Made by a program: the position numbers and the translations under genes. This document shows, piece by piece, positions 1 through 10,142 of a DNA stretch of 64,000 nucleotides. The stretch comes from Hydrurus foetidus (lineage: Eukaryota): assembly GCA_900617105.1 (NCBI GenBank), contig UYFQ01000001.1, positions 3,968,001 to 4,032,000 on the forward strand. Reading direction: 5' to 3'. The stretch's first letter is position 1, and each line of letters begins with the position of its first letter. The notes under the pieces were generated by a model. That model was not told the DNA's origin and searched no databases. It worked only from the letters and a program-made list of their open reading frames with translations.

Positions 1-1189
1 GCTGGCCGTGCAGGTGGCCGAGCAGGTTGAGCTTTATGCCAAGTACACCAACCTGCGCAGCGCGGTCGTTTTCGGCGGCATGGACATGAAACCGCAAACG
101 CTGGCGCTAAAAGCCGGCGTTGAAGTACTGGTAGCCACACCTGGCCGCCTGCTGGACCACATTGAAGCCAAAAACGCGGTGCTAAACCAAGTCGAATACG
201 TCGTGCTGGACGAAGCCGACCGCATGCTGGACATCGGCTTTTTGCCCGATCTGCAGCGCATTTTGAGTTACCTGCCCAAGCAGCGAATCACGCTTTTGTT
301 TTCAGCCACGTTCTCGCCTGAAATCAAACGCTTGGCATCGAGCTATTTGCAAGAACCGGTAACGATTGAAGTTGCCCGTTCTAACGCCACGGCATCTACG
401 GTAGAGCAACATTTCTACAGCGTGAGCGCAGACGACAAGCGCCGCGCGCTGCACCAAATTCTAAAAACACGCGGCATGAAGCAAGCGTTTGTGTTCGTTA
501 ACAGCAAGCTGGGCTGCGCCCGCTTGGCGCGCTCGCTTGAAAAAGAGGGTTTAAAAACCACCGCGCTGCACGGCGACAAAAGCCAGGACGAGCGCCTGAA
601 AGCACTCGAAGCATTCAAAAGCGGAGAGGTCGACTTGCTGGTGTGCACCGATGTAGCCGCTCGCGGGCTGGACATCAAAGACGTGCCAGCCGTGTTTAAC
701 TTCGACGTGCCCTTTAATGCCGAAGACTACGTGCACCGCATCGGCCGTACAGGCCGGGCGGGCGCATCAGGCCTTGCAGTGAGTTTTGTGGCCAGCAGCG
801 ACCAACGCTTGGTCACTGACATTGAAAAACTCATTAAAACCAAAATCGAGCTGGAGCCCATGGTGTTTGATGAAGACCAAGCGCCAACGGGTCGCATCAA
901 CGACGGCAGGCGCATGTACCGCGAAGCCGATGGTGCACCGCCCCGTGACGCAGCCCCGCGTGAGCACCGCGAGCCAAGGCCCTTCAGGGAACGACGCGAA
1001 GCACCACCGCATCGCCAAGCCGCAGTGCCACGTGACCCGTTTTTCGACCAGCCGTACGAGTCCACGGCAGCACCCGATGCGCAACCGGCTTGGGAAGCAG
1101 CTGCCAAAGCTGCGCCCGCACGCAGCGGTGTGTCGGCCAACATCAAACCGAAGAAAAAAATCGCTGCGCTGTTCAAAATCAGTGCTTGA
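1..1189 (+). CDS. rhlE: DEAD-box ATP-dependent RNA helicase (RhlE-like), 5' truncated by window edge
   Basis: TPGRLLD, LDEADRML, SAT, ARGLD and HRIGRTGRAG helicase motifs. Confidence 0.85.
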   Translation, partial: LAVQVAEQVELYAKYTNLRSAVVFGGMDMKPQTLALKAGVEVLVATPGRLLDHIEAKNAVLNQVEYVVLDEADRMLDIGFLPDLQRILSYLPKQRITLLFSATFSPEIKRLASSYLQEPVTIEVARSNATASTVEQHFYSVSADDKRRALHQILKTRGMKQAFVFVNSKLGCARLARSLEKEGLKTTALHGDKSQDERLKALEAFKSGEVDLLVCTDVAARGLDIKDVPAVFNFDVPFNAEDYVHRIGRTGRAGASGLAVSFVASSDQRLVTDIEKLIKTKIELEPMVFDEDQAPTGRINDGRRMYREADGAPPRDAAPREHREPRPFRERREAPPHRQAAVPRDPFFDQPYESTAAPDAQPAWEAAAKAAPARSGVSANIKPKKKIAALFKISA

Positions 1190-1319
1190 TCAAGCTGCGT
1201 AGCGCAGTCTTCTGCACGCAAGACTTCAGCTAATAACCTCACGCTCGTCAGCCGCAGCTTACGAGCTGCCAAGCCCCTGTCTGGTGGCAACTGTCACGGT
1301 CACTGTCTATGCTGGCAAC

Positions 1320-2210
1320 ATGATTGTGAAAGCCGCTCGGCGCGTTTATTTACCACTGTGGCTTGCAGTTAAGCAATGGCTAGATGCCGATGGCCTTCGC
1401 ATGAGCGCCGCCATGTCTTTTTACGGCATTCTCAGCCTGGCGCCGCTGCTGGTTTTACTGGTGGCAGTACTGGGCTGGTGGCTGGACCGCACTTTTATCG
1501 AAACCAGTTTGGTGAACCAGATCAGCAGCGTGATTGGCGAGCAGGGCGCACAAGTTGTCAAGCAAGCTATTGCCAGCGCAAAAGAGCCGTCTGAGGGCAT
1601 TGCTGCTTCACTGATTGCCTTTGTGTTGCTATTGTCTGGCGCTACGGGTGTGTTCGCCGAGCTGCAAGACGCTTTTGAGCGGCTGTGGCGGCAAGGCAGT
1701 GGCCTGGCGCCCACGCAAAAGTGGTGGTACAGCGCCACGCTGCGGCTGCGCGGTGTGGCGTACATATTGGCGTTTGGTTTTTTGCTGTTGATTTCGCTGG
1801 TGGTGTCGACCGCTTTGGGGCTGATGTCGTCTTGGGTTGGCAGCTATTTGCCGATTGAAAAAATTGCGTTTGGCATTAACGAAATTTTTTCGTTTGTGTT
1901 TTGCGTGGCGCTTTTTGTAGCGCTAATGCGTATGAGCGCTGGTCCTAAACCGTCGCTTCGCTACCTGGTGATGGGCGCCGCAGCAGGCGCCGTGTTGTTT
2001 GCCGTCGGCAAGCATTTAATGGCGCTGTATTTATCTACTGCTGCTGTGGTTTCTGCTTATGGAGCGGCGGGGTCGCTGGTCGTGATTTTGATGTGGATTT
2101 ATTTTTCATCCGCCGTGCTGCTGCTGTCGGCCAGCATGGCGCGGGCTTGGTGTGATGCCGGGCAACTCCAACCTAGACCCCAGCCCCAATCGCAGCCGAA
2201 GATTGCTTAG
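1320..2210 (+). CDS. YihY/virulence factor BrkB family membrane protein
   Basis: AAMSFYGILSLAPLL and YGAAGSLVVILMWIYFS motifs, multiple TM segments; start at ATG 1320 is a choice. Confidence 0.85.
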   Translation: MIVKAARRVYLPLWLAVKQWLDADGLRMSAAMSFYGILSLAPLLVLLVAVLGWWLDRTFIETSLVNQISSVIGEQGAQVVKQAIASAKEPSEGIAASLIAFVLLLSGATGVFAELQDAFERLWRQGSGLAPTQKWWYSATLRLRGVAYILAFGFLLLISLVVSTALGLMSSWVGSYLPIEKIAFGINEIFSFVFCVALFVALMRMSAGPKPSLRYLVMGAAAGAVLFAVGKHLMALYLSTAAVVSAYGAAGSLVVILMWIYFSSAVLLLSASMARAWCDAGQLQPRPQPQSQPKIA

Positions 2211-2216
2211 CGAAGC

Positions 2217-3056
2217 TTATTGCGTGAGCTTTTGCGCTTGCTCGCAGGCTATTTGAACCAGCTCAAACTCCCCTGGCGATTGGCCTAATTTGGCCGCAGA
2301 CAGGCAGCCGCCCCACACGCAGCCCGTGTCTAGTGCCAGCGTGTTTTGATGCATCGCCCCGCCCGCATTCAAAGTCGACCAATGCCCAAAAGCAATCGGC
2401 TGGTTTTGGGTAGCCCGGCCGGGCACGTCAAACCACCGCAAGTAGCCCGGTGGCGCTTCGGCCAAACCGCCTTTGGTCACGAATTCCATTTGTCCATCGG
2501 GCGTACAAAACCGCAAACGGGTTAAGGCGTTGACCACCACGCGCAGGCGCTCCGGGCCTTGCAGGTCGTTGGTCCATTTATTCGGCGTGTTGCCAAAAAC
2601 TGTCGACAAAAAATCTTTAAAGTCTGACGCGCGCAAGGCCTGCTCCACTTCGCCTGCCAATGCGAGGGTTTGCTCAATTGTCCATTGCGGCAACACTCCA
2701 GCGTGCACCATCAGCCAGCCACTTGCTTGCAGCGCCAGCGAGCGGTGTCGCAGCCAATGCAGAAGGTTATTGCAGTCAGGTGCTGCCAGCACGCCAGCCA
2801 GCGTATCGTTTTTGCCGCCCGGGCGAATACCCTGCCACACTGCCAATAAATGCAGATCGTGATTGCCAAGCAAGCACTGGGCAGCATTGCCCAGCGCGCT
2901 CAGTCGGCGAAGCACGGCCAGCGAGTCTGGCCCGCGATTAACCAGGTCGCCCAACAAGTAGAGGGTGTCTTGGCTGGGCGAAAAATTGATCTCATCAAGC
3001 AAACGCCCTAGAGCCGCGTCGCAACCTTGCAGGTCGCCAATCAAGTACAGTGACAT
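2217..3056 (-). CDS. apaH: Symmetrical bis(5'-nucleosyl)-tetraphosphatase
   Basis: GDLQGC, GDLVNRGPDS, LGNHDLH, VHAG, FGHW, LDTGCVWGG. Confidence 0.95.
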   Translation of the reverse strand: MSLYLIGDLQGCDAALGRLLDEINFSPSQDTLYLLGDLVNRGPDSLAVLRRLSALGNAAQCLLGNHDLHLLAVWQGIRPGGKNDTLAGVLAAPDCNNLLHWLRHRSLALQASGWLMVHAGVLPQWTIEQTLALAGEVEQALRASDFKDFLSTVFGNTPNKWTNDLQGPERLRVVVNALTRLRFCTPDGQMEFVTKGGLAEAPPGYLRWFDVPGRATQNQPIAFGHWSTLNAGGAMHQNTLALDTGCVWGGCLSAAKLGQSPGEFELVQIACEQAQKLTQ

Positions 3057-3091
3057 GTGTTTATTTTGCTTGAAGAACAAGACCAAGACTC

Positions 3092-4393
3092 ATGGATTTT
3101 TTGCTAATCGCTTTTTTAACGCTGCTGAACGGTGTGTTTGCCATGTCCGAAATGGCGTTGTCGTCTAGCCGCAAAGCCCGACTCACGGCCATGGCGGAGT
3201 CAGGTGATAAAGGCGCAGAAGCGGCGTTGGGCCTGCTAGACAACCCGACCCAATTTTTATCTTCGGTACAGGTCGGCATCACCTCTATCGGCATGCTTAA
3301 CGGCATTATTGGCGAGGCCGCTTTCAGTGGTGATTTATCGGTGTGGCTGCAAAGCCTGGGCATGCCGCTGCGCGCCGCTGAAATTTCTGCCACTGCGCTG
3401 GTGGTGGCCATCATTACTTACATCACCATCGTGTATGGCGAACTGGTGCCCAAACGCATTGGCCAGTTGTATCCTGAAACCGCTGCCAAACTGGTGGCCC
3501 GGCCCATGATGTGGGTGGCGAGCGTGGCCAAACCGTTTGTCAAGCTGTTGTCGTTCAGCACGCATGCCGTTTTGAAGTTGCTGCGCGTAGACAACTCCGC
3601 TGGGCGCGGCGTTACTGAGGAAGAAATTACCGCCAGCCTGGAAGAGGGGGTAGACGCTGGACTGATAGAAGAGCACGAGCACCAGATGGTGCAGAATGTG
3701 TTCTTACTAGACGATCGTTTGCTGACGTCTTTAATGCTGCCGCGCTCGGATATTGAATGGCTGGACGCTTCTTATTCGGTGATTGAGGCAATTCAAAGCG
3801 TCGGCACCACCGGGCATTCTTGGTACCCCGTTTGCCGTGGCGGCCTTGACGACGTGGTGGGCGTGGTCAGCGTGGGCAAACTGCTGGCTGCACGGGGCGC
3901 CGCCGGGCAGCCAAGCGACGAACGCATTGGCGCATTGGTGGTAGCCGCCGTGTTTGTGCCTGAAACGCTAACGGGCATGGAACTGCTCGAGCAATTTCGG
4001 GCCAAGTCCACTCGCATGGTGTTCGTGGTCGACGAATACGGTGTGGTGCAAGGCCTGGTCACGCCGCTCGACATGCTGGAGGCGATTACCGGCGAACTGC
4101 AACCCGGCGCGCAAATTGATGCGTGGGCCACTCGCCGAGATGACGGCAGCTGGCTTATTGACGGCGTGATGCCCGTGTCAGAGCTCAAAGTACGGCTTGA
4201 TATTAGAGACCTGCCCGACGAAGATAAAGGCCGGTACAACACCGTGGCGGGCTTGCTGCAAAGCGTGTCGGGGAGGCTGCTAAAAACTACCGACAAGGTG
4301 GAGTGTGCGGGCTGGCGGTTTGAGGTGGTGGACTTGGATGGCAAGCGGATTGATAAGGTGTTGGCGAGCGCGGTGCCCAACAACAGCAACTGA
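3092..4393 (+). CDS. Hemolysin/CNNM family protein (DUF21 + CBS pair + CorC-HlyC)
   Basis: LNGVFAMSEMA, GELVPK, VVDEYG and C-terminal YNTVAG...RIDKV. Confidence 0.9.
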   Translation: MDFLLIAFLTLLNGVFAMSEMALSSSRKARLTAMAESGDKGAEAALGLLDNPTQFLSSVQVGITSIGMLNGIIGEAAFSGDLSVWLQSLGMPLRAAEISATALVVAIITYITIVYGELVPKRIGQLYPETAAKLVARPMMWVASVAKPFVKLLSFSTHAVLKLLRVDNSAGRGVTEEEITASLEEGVDAGLIEEHEHQMVQNVFLLDDRLLTSLMLPRSDIEWLDASYSVIEAIQSVGTTGHSWYPVCRGGLDDVVGVVSVGKLLAARGAAGQPSDERIGALVVAAVFVPETLTGMELLEQFRAKSTRMVFVVDEYGVVQGLVTPLDMLEAITGELQPGAQIDAWATRRDDGSWLIDGVMPVSELKVRLDIRDLPDEDKGRYNTVAGLLQSVSGRLLKTTDKVECAGWRFEVVDLDGKRIDKVLASAVPNNSN

Positions 4394-4405
4394 AATCAAC
4401 CAACT

Positions 4406-4435
4406 AAAAAGGGGCTGACCACGACAGTCAACCCC
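4406..4435 (-). terminator. Intrinsic terminator downstream of tRNA-Thr
   Basis: GGGGTTGAC-N7-GTCAGCCCC stem followed by TTTTT on the minus strand. Confidence 0.7.
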
Positions 4436-4442
4436 TAGATTT

Positions 4443-4518
4443 TGGTGCCGGAGAGATGAATCGAACACCCGACCTTCTCATTACGAATGAGCTGCTCTAC
4501 CGACTGAGCTACACCGGC
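4443..4518 (-). tRNA. tRNA-Thr(CGT)
   Basis: GCCGGTGTAGCTCAGTCGGTAGAGC...TT-CGT-AA loop...GTTCGATT...CCGGCACCA, 76 nt. Confidence 0.95.
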
Positions 4519-4543
4519 TTGTGTATTTTTCGTTGGCCTTAAA

Positions 4544-5572
4544 TTATAGCCCGGCAGTTGGCTTGTGGTGGTAGGCCGTCACCCGCTCCACCTCGTTCTT
4601 CGACCCCAGCACCACGCTGACGCGCTCATGCAGTTTGTTGGGTTGCAGGTCCATGATGCGCTGCTTGCCGTTGGTAGAGAGGCCGCCGGCTTGCTCGATC
4701 AACCAGCTCATGGGGTTGGCTTCGTACATCAGGCGCAGCTTGCCGGCTTTTTCGGGTTCGCGTTTGTCCCAGGGGTACATGAAGATGCCGCCGCGCGTCA
4801 GGATGCGGTGCACGTCGGCGACCATGGAGGCTATCCAGCGCATGTTGAAGTTTTTGCCGCGTGGGCCGTCTTTGCCTTGGAGGGCTTCGTCGATGTAGCG
4901 TTTGACGGGTTCGTCCCAGTGGCGCATGTTGCTCATGTTGATGGCGAACTCTTGCGTGTCTGGTGGGATTTGCACGTTCTCTTGCGTGAGGACAAACGAG
5001 CCTTGTTCGCGGTCCAGCGTGAACATGGCCACGCCGTCGCCTACCGTCAGCACCAGCGTGGTTTGCGGGCCGTACACGCAATAGCCAGCGGCCACCTGCT
5101 TGTTGCCTGATTGCAAAAAGTCTTTTTCATCAACTACGCCGCTGCCCTCGGGTTTTTTCAACACGCTAAAGATAGTCCCAATGCTGACGTTGACATCAAT
5201 GTTGCTGCTACCGTCCAGCGGGTCAAACAGCAGCAGGTATTCACCTTGTGGGTAGCGGTTGGGCACCACATGGATGCTGTCCATTTCTTCACTGGCCATG
5301 GCAGCCAGGTGCCCACCCCATTCATTGGCTTCAATCAGCACTTCGTTAGCGATGATGTCTAGCTTTTTTTGCACCTCGCCTTGAACGTTTTCACTGCCCG
5401 CTGTGCCTAATATGCTGGCCTCGCCCCCGATGGCGCCTTTGTTGACAGCCTGGCTGATGCTTTTGCAGGCCCTGGCCACCACTTCAAGCAGCAGGCGCAG
5501 CTCAGGTGGGATGTGGCCGTCTTGGCGCTGTTGTTCGACCAGGTAGCGGGTCAGAGAGATGTTTTTGGACAT
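4544..5572 (-). CDS. fbp: Fructose-1,6-bisphosphatase class 1
   Basis: [32 protein letters not shown]. Confidence 0.97.
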   Translation of the reverse strand: MSKNISLTRYLVEQQRQDGHIPPELRLLLEVVARACKSISQAVNKGAIGGEASILGTAGSENVQGEVQKKLDIIANEVLIEANEWGGHLAAMASEEMDSIHVVPNRYPQGEYLLLFDPLDGSSNIDVNVSIGTIFSVLKKPEGSGVVDEKDFLQSGNKQVAAGYCVYGPQTTLVLTVGDGVAMFTLDREQGSFVLTQENVQIPPDTQEFAINMSNMRHWDEPVKRYIDEALQGKDGPRGKNFNMRWIASMVADVHRILTRGGIFMYPWDKREPEKAGKLRLMYEANPMSWLIEQAGGLSTNGKQRIMDLQPNKLHERVSVVLGSKNEVERVTAYHHKPTAGL

Positions 5573-5598
5573 GATGGATTCCGTTTGATGTCAGTTGA

Positions 5599-8307
5599 TC
5601 AGCCAGCCAGAGCTCTTGTGACCACTTCATGCGTGTCCTTGCTCAAATCATTTTTTGCAGCGACGCGTGAAATCGCTTCACGGGCTGCGCTGCGGTATGG
5701 TTCCGCCAGTTTGCTCCAGCGGTCAAGGGCCCTGGCTAAGCGGGCGGCGACTTGTGGGTTCATGGCGTCAAGCTCAATGACGCGCTCGCTCCAAAATACA
5801 TAACCAGCCGCGTCTGCGCGGTGAAAAGCCGCCGCATTGCCGCAGTAGGTGCTGATGACGCTGCGCGCGCGGTTCGGGTTTTTCAGGCTGAAGTCGCTGT
5901 GCTTCATGAGTTGCTTCACAAATGGCAGGATGTCGCCGTTGCGGTCTGGGCTTGCCGCTTGCAGGCTGAACCATTTGTCGATTACTAGTGCTTCATTTTT
6001 GAACATGGCGTGGAACTGTGCCAACGCTTGAGCTGCCAAGGAATGGCTACTGGTGACCAATGCACTCAGTGCATTAAAGCGGTCAGTCATGTTGCCGGCG
6101 TCTTTGAAACGCTGCAAGGTTTTAACCGGCCATTCATCATTGCCAGTTGCTACAGCAGCGATACAGAGGTAAGCCAGCGCCATGCCTGCCAGCGCACGGC
6201 GGCCTGACGACGCGGCGTCTGGCGTGTAGTTCCCAGTGTCTTGATTGGCCTCGTACACGGCCGACCAATCAGCTTGCAAGCTGGTTGCCAGTTGCAGGCG
6301 CATCGCTTCGCGCACGGCGTGAACTTGCTGCGGGTCCACCACGTCCAATTGCTCGGCCAAGTAGGTTTCAGACGGCAGCGTCAGCACCAGCTCTTTGAAT
6401 GCCGCATCTAGCGTGGGGTGATGTAAAACTTGCTTCATGGCAGCCAAATAGGCATCATTTAGGCCTGTAGCCTTTATATTATATGCGCTAGCAGCTCCTG
6501 AATTAATAGCGATAAGAGCCGACCTGACGGCGAGGCGTTGGCCCGCTTCCCATCGGTTGAACGGATCAGAGTCGTGCGCCAGGAGGTGTAGCAACTGCGC
6601 ATCGGTGTAGTCAAAGTCCAGCACCACCGGGGCAGTGAAGCCGCGCAAGATGGACGGCACTGGCTCTTGCGTTATGCCTGTGAAGGTGAAGGCCTCAGTT
6701 GATTGCGTCAGCACCAGCGTGCGGCATGTGACAGCGGCTGCGCTGTCGCCAGCCAGTTGCAATGCCAAGTCCTGACCATCAACGCCCAGCAAACCCAGCG
6801 CCACCGGAATCACAAACGGTTCTTTGCTTGGCTGGCCTGTGGTGGGCGCGCAGCTTTGACTCAAGGTCAGCGTGTAGGTGCTGGCAGCCGCGTCATACAC
6901 GCCCTGAGCCGTCACACGCGGTGTCCCCGCCTGGCTGTACCAACGCTTGAACTGCGGCAGCAAGCGTGCTAGATCTGACTCGGGATTCGCATCGGCAATC
7001 GCTTGCGCGAAATCGTCACAAGTCACGGCGTGGCCGTCGTGCCGCTCAAAGTACAGCGTCATGCCTTTGGCGAAACCCACCCGGCCGACCAAGGTTTGCA
7101 TCATGCGTACGACTTGAGCACCTTTTTCGTAAATCGTCACGGTGTAAAAGTTGCTGATCTCCACATAGCTGTCAGGCCGCACGGGGTGCGACATCGGGCC
7201 TGCGTCTTCAGGGAACTGAGCGGTACGCAACACGCGCACGTCTTCAATGCGTTTGACGGCTCTGGCTGATGCCTCGCCGCACAAGTCCTGGCTGAATTCC
7301 TGGTCCCGGAAAACCGTCAGGCCTTCCTTCAACGACAGCTGAAACCAGTCGCGGCAGGTGACGCGGTTACCTGTCCAGTTGTGAAAATACTCGTGGCCGA
7401 CCACGCTTTCAATGTTGCCAAAGTCAACGTCCGTCGCAGTAGCCTGGTTGGCCAGCACGTACTTGGTGTTAAAGATGTTCAGGCCCTTGTTTTCCATCGC
7501 GCCCATGTTGAAGTCGCTGGTTGCCACAATCATGAAGCGGTCCAAATCGAGTGGCAGGCCAAAGCGCGCTTCGTCCCACGCCACGGAATGCATGAGCGAT
7601 GTCATGGCGTGTTCAGTTTTGTCTAAATCACCCGGGCGGACATAAACTTGCAGCGTGTGGTCTTTGCCGGCACGTGATGTGATTCTCTGCTCTCGGCAGA
7701 CTAGTTGGCCCGCCACCAGCGCAAACAAATAGGCGGGCTTTTTATGCGGGTCCACCCATTTGGCGAACTGGCGGCCATCGTCCAGCGTGCCTTGCGCTAC
7801 CAGATTACCGTTCGACAGCAGCACCGGAAATTTGGTCTTGTCAGCCCGCAGTGTCACGGTGTACATCGCCATCACATCGGGGCGGTCTAAAAAGTACGTG
7901 ATACGCCTGAAGCCTTCGGCTTCGCACTGGGTAAAAAAAGAATCATCGCTGACATACAGCCCCATCAGCTTGGTGTTTTTTGATGGGTTGGTCGTGGTGA
8001 AAATTTCCAACTCGAAAGCATCTGGCAAGTTGTCAAGTACCAGCTGGTTGCCATCCATCTTGAAAGACGTGCCCTGGCCATTGACCAGCACACGCGACAA
8101 GTTGAGCTCTTCACCATCCAGGCGCAGCGGCTGCGCTGGCACATCCGCATTGCGGCGCAGGGTCATTTTGTTCAGCACGCGGGTTTTGACGGGGTCCAGG
8201 TCAAAGCAGAGGTCTACGGTGTCTATCCAGTAGGCGGGGGCGGTGTAGTCAGCCCGGTTGATGGCGATAGAGGGGCCTTGGCCGTTTTGGTCACGCATGT
8301 TCAACAT
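5599..8307 (-). CDS. pepN: Aminopeptidase N (M1 family); contains in-frame repeat copy R1
   Basis: GAMENKG, HEYFH...E zinc motif, NPNRARS, NPQVAARL. Confidence 0.97.
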   Translation of the reverse strand: MLNMRDQNGQGPSIAINRADYTAPAYWIDTVDLCFDLDPVKTRVLNKMTLRRNADVPAQPLRLDGEELNLSRVLVNGQGTSFKMDGNQLVLDNLPDAFELEIFTTTNPSKNTKLMGLYVSDDSFFTQCEAEGFRRITYFLDRPDVMAMYTVTLRADKTKFPVLLSNGNLVAQGTLDDGRQFAKWVDPHKKPAYLFALVAGQLVCREQRITSRAGKDHTLQVYVRPGDLDKTEHAMTSLMHSVAWDEARFGLPLDLDRFMIVATSDFNMGAMENKGLNIFNTKYVLANQATATDVDFGNIESVVGHEYFHNWTGNRVTCRDWFQLSLKEGLTVFRDQEFSQDLCGEASARAVKRIEDVRVLRTAQFPEDAGPMSHPVRPDSYVEISNFYTVTIYEKGAQVVRMMQTLVGRVGFAKGMTLYFERHDGHAVTCDDFAQAIADANPESDLARLLPQFKRWYSQAGTPRVTAQGVYDAAASTYTLTLSQSCAPTTGQPSKEPFVIPVALGLLGVDGQDLALQLAGDSAAAVTCRTLVLTQSTEAFTFTGITQEPVPSILRGFTAPVVLDFDYTDAQLLHLLAHDSDPFNRWEAGQRLAVRSALIAINSGAASAYNIKATGLNDAYLAAMKQVLHHPTLDAAFKELVLTLPSETYLAEQLDVVDPQQVHAVREAMRLQLATSLQADWSAVYEANQDTGNYTPDAASSGRRALAGMALAYLCIAAVATGNDEWPVKTLQRFKDAGNMTDRFNALSALVTSSHSLAAQALAQFHAMFKNEALVIDKWFSLQAASPDRNGDILPFVKQLMKHSDFSLKNPNRARSVISTYCGNAAAFHRADAAGYVFWSERVIELDAMNPQVAARLARALDRWSKLAEPYRSAAREAISRVAAKNDLSKDTHEVVTRALAG
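6458..6510 (-). repeat. Interspersed ~53-bp repeat R1, in frame within pepN (sense)
   Basis: Reverse complement GCTATTAATTCAGGAGCTGCTAGCGCATATAATATAAAGGCTACAGGCCTAAA, read as AINSGAASAYNIKATGLN. Confidence 0.85.
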
Positions 8308-8959
8308 GGGTCAGTCCTGATAAAAAATGGGGGTCAAGTTCGTTGTAGTCACTCACGCTGGCCATCACGTGTGGGCCAGCCAATTCAGCGGCGCTGTGGG
8401 TACTGCAAATCGCCACAGCGCGCATGCCTGCCCGCCGCGCAGCTTCAATGCCGAAAGGTGCGTCTTCAAAAACAATGCAATTGGCGGGTGCGGCTTCTAA
8501 ACGCCTGGCAACTTCTAAAAATATGGCTGGGTCTGGCTTGCCGGGCAGGCCTTCGTCGCCGCCCACAATCGCTGAAGGTCGGGCAAACATTTTCAGGTGC
8601 GACATGGCAAACAAAATATTGTGTTTATCACCAGCGCTGCCGATGCCCAACTTGAATCCCAAGCCGTGTGCATGGGCTGCAAACTGTTTGAATCCGGCTA
8701 CCTCTGCAAATACGGGCGCGAAAAGCTCGCGGTATATCGCTTCTTTCTCTGCAATCAGTTCCCAGGCGGCAGCGGGCTCAATCTGGCGCTGAAACAACTC
8801 GTTCATACATTCAGCGCCTGTGCGGCCAGTCGTTCGCCGCATCAGATCAGCAATATCGATTTGAATGCTGTGCTTTTGCGCAAACAAGCTCCAGCTTTTT
8901 TGGTGAAACGGCATGGAATTAATCATGGTTCCATCCATGTCAAAAATCAAAGCTGCCAT
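8291..8959 (-). CDS. HAD family phosphatase (beta-PGM/CbbY-like)
   Basis: FDMDGT, KPDP, FEDAPFG. Confidence 0.9.
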   Translation of the reverse strand: MAALIFDMDGTMINSMPFHQKSWSLFAQKHSIQIDIADLMRRTTGRTGAECMNELFQRQIEPAAAWELIAEKEAIYRELFAPVFAEVAGFKQFAAHAHGLGFKLGIGSAGDKHNILFAMSHLKMFARPSAIVGGDEGLPGKPDPAIFLEVARRLEAAPANCIVFEDAPFGIEAARRAGMRAVAICSTHSAAELAGPHVMASVSDYNELDPHFLSGLTHVEHA

Positions 8960-10063
8960 TACACGCCCTGCTTCAAACTGGCCTCAATGAACTGGTCCAA
9001 ATCCCCGTCCAGCACTTTCTGCGTGGCCGAGGTTTCGTAGTTGGTGCGCAGGTCTTTGATGCGGCTGTTGTCTAACACATAGCTGCGGATCTGGTGGCCC
9101 CAGCCAACGTCGGTTTTGGTGTCTTCGAGTTTTTGCTGGGCTTCTTGTTGCTTGCGCAGTTCGAAGTCATACAGACGTGAGCGCAGGCGTTTCCACGCCA
9201 CGTCGCGGTTGCCGTGCTGGCTGCGGCCGTCCTGGCACTGCACCACAATGCCGGTGGGCAGGTGCGTCAGGCGCACGGCTGAATCGGTCTTGTTGATGTG
9301 CTGGCCGCCGGCGCCGCTGGCGCGAAAGGTGTCGACCCGCACGTCCGAGGGATTGATGTCGATTTCAATCGAATCATCAATCTCGGGGTAGACAAATATC
9401 GACGCAAACGAGGTGTGCCTGCCCCCTGATGAATCAAACGGCGACTTGCGCACCAGGCGGTGGACACCAGTCTCAGTGCGCAGCAGGCCAAAAGCGTATT
9501 CGCCTTCGATCTTGATCGTCGCGCCTTTGATGCCTGCTGTGTCGCCTGCAGTTTCGTCTTCAATCGTGGTTTTAAAGCCCTTGCGCTCGGCGTACTTGAG
9601 GTACTGGCGCAGCAACATGCTGGCCCAGTCGCAGGCTTCAGTGCCGCCTGCACCTGACTGCACATCTAAAAAGCAATTGAGCGGATCAGCTGGGTTGTTA
9701 AACATCCGGCGGAATTCCATCTTTTCGACTTCAACCGCTACTAGGGCCGCTTCGCCTTCAATTGACTGAATACCGGCATAGTCGCCTTCTTCTTTAGCCA
9801 TGTCAAACAACTCAGTGTTGTCTGAAAGCTCGGACGTGATGCGGTCTATAACGTGAACGACGTCTTCGAGTGACTTTTTCTCTTTGCCGAGTTCTTGCGC
9901 GCGTTTGGGCACGTCCCAAACTTTGGGGTCATCGAGTGCGGCGTTGACTTCGCTTAACTTGCGTTCTTTAGCAGGGTAGTCAAAGATACCCCCGAAGTTC
10001 GTTCACTCGGGTGCTCAGGTCTGCCAGTTGATTGCCAATAGCGTTGATGTGTTCTGCTTCCAT
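8959..10063 (-). CDS. prfB: Peptide chain release factor 2 with programmed +1 frameshift
   Basis: ATG at 10063 ([10 protein letters not shown]...), 27 codons to CTT-TGA-C at 9985-9979, then +1 frame carrying the SPF and GGQ motifs. Confidence 0.95.
9979..9994 (-). promoter_or_regulatory. prfB frameshift cassette (internal SD-like GGGGG + CTT TGA C)
   Basis: Minus strand reads CGGGGG TAT CTT TGA C. Confidence 0.95.
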
Positions 10064-10142
10064 GAGATAAATCCTGAATAGGTTGCGCGGCTAAGCGAAA
10101 AACCGGATTTTCTCATGGTCTGACCCGAAGAGCAGCGAAAGC

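Noticed and set aside
4443..4518. tRNA-Thr (and the Ala-Glu-Asp cluster) as island integration sites
   Set aside because: I saw no integrase, no duplicated tRNA 3' end and no foreign-looking block beside them.
8508..8527. GCAACTTCTAAAAATATGGC in the HAD gene resembles the repeat core
   Set aside because: It encodes the conserved HAD segment (KPDP)AIFLEVA and lacks the GCGCCC/GGGC arm, so it is likely coincidence.
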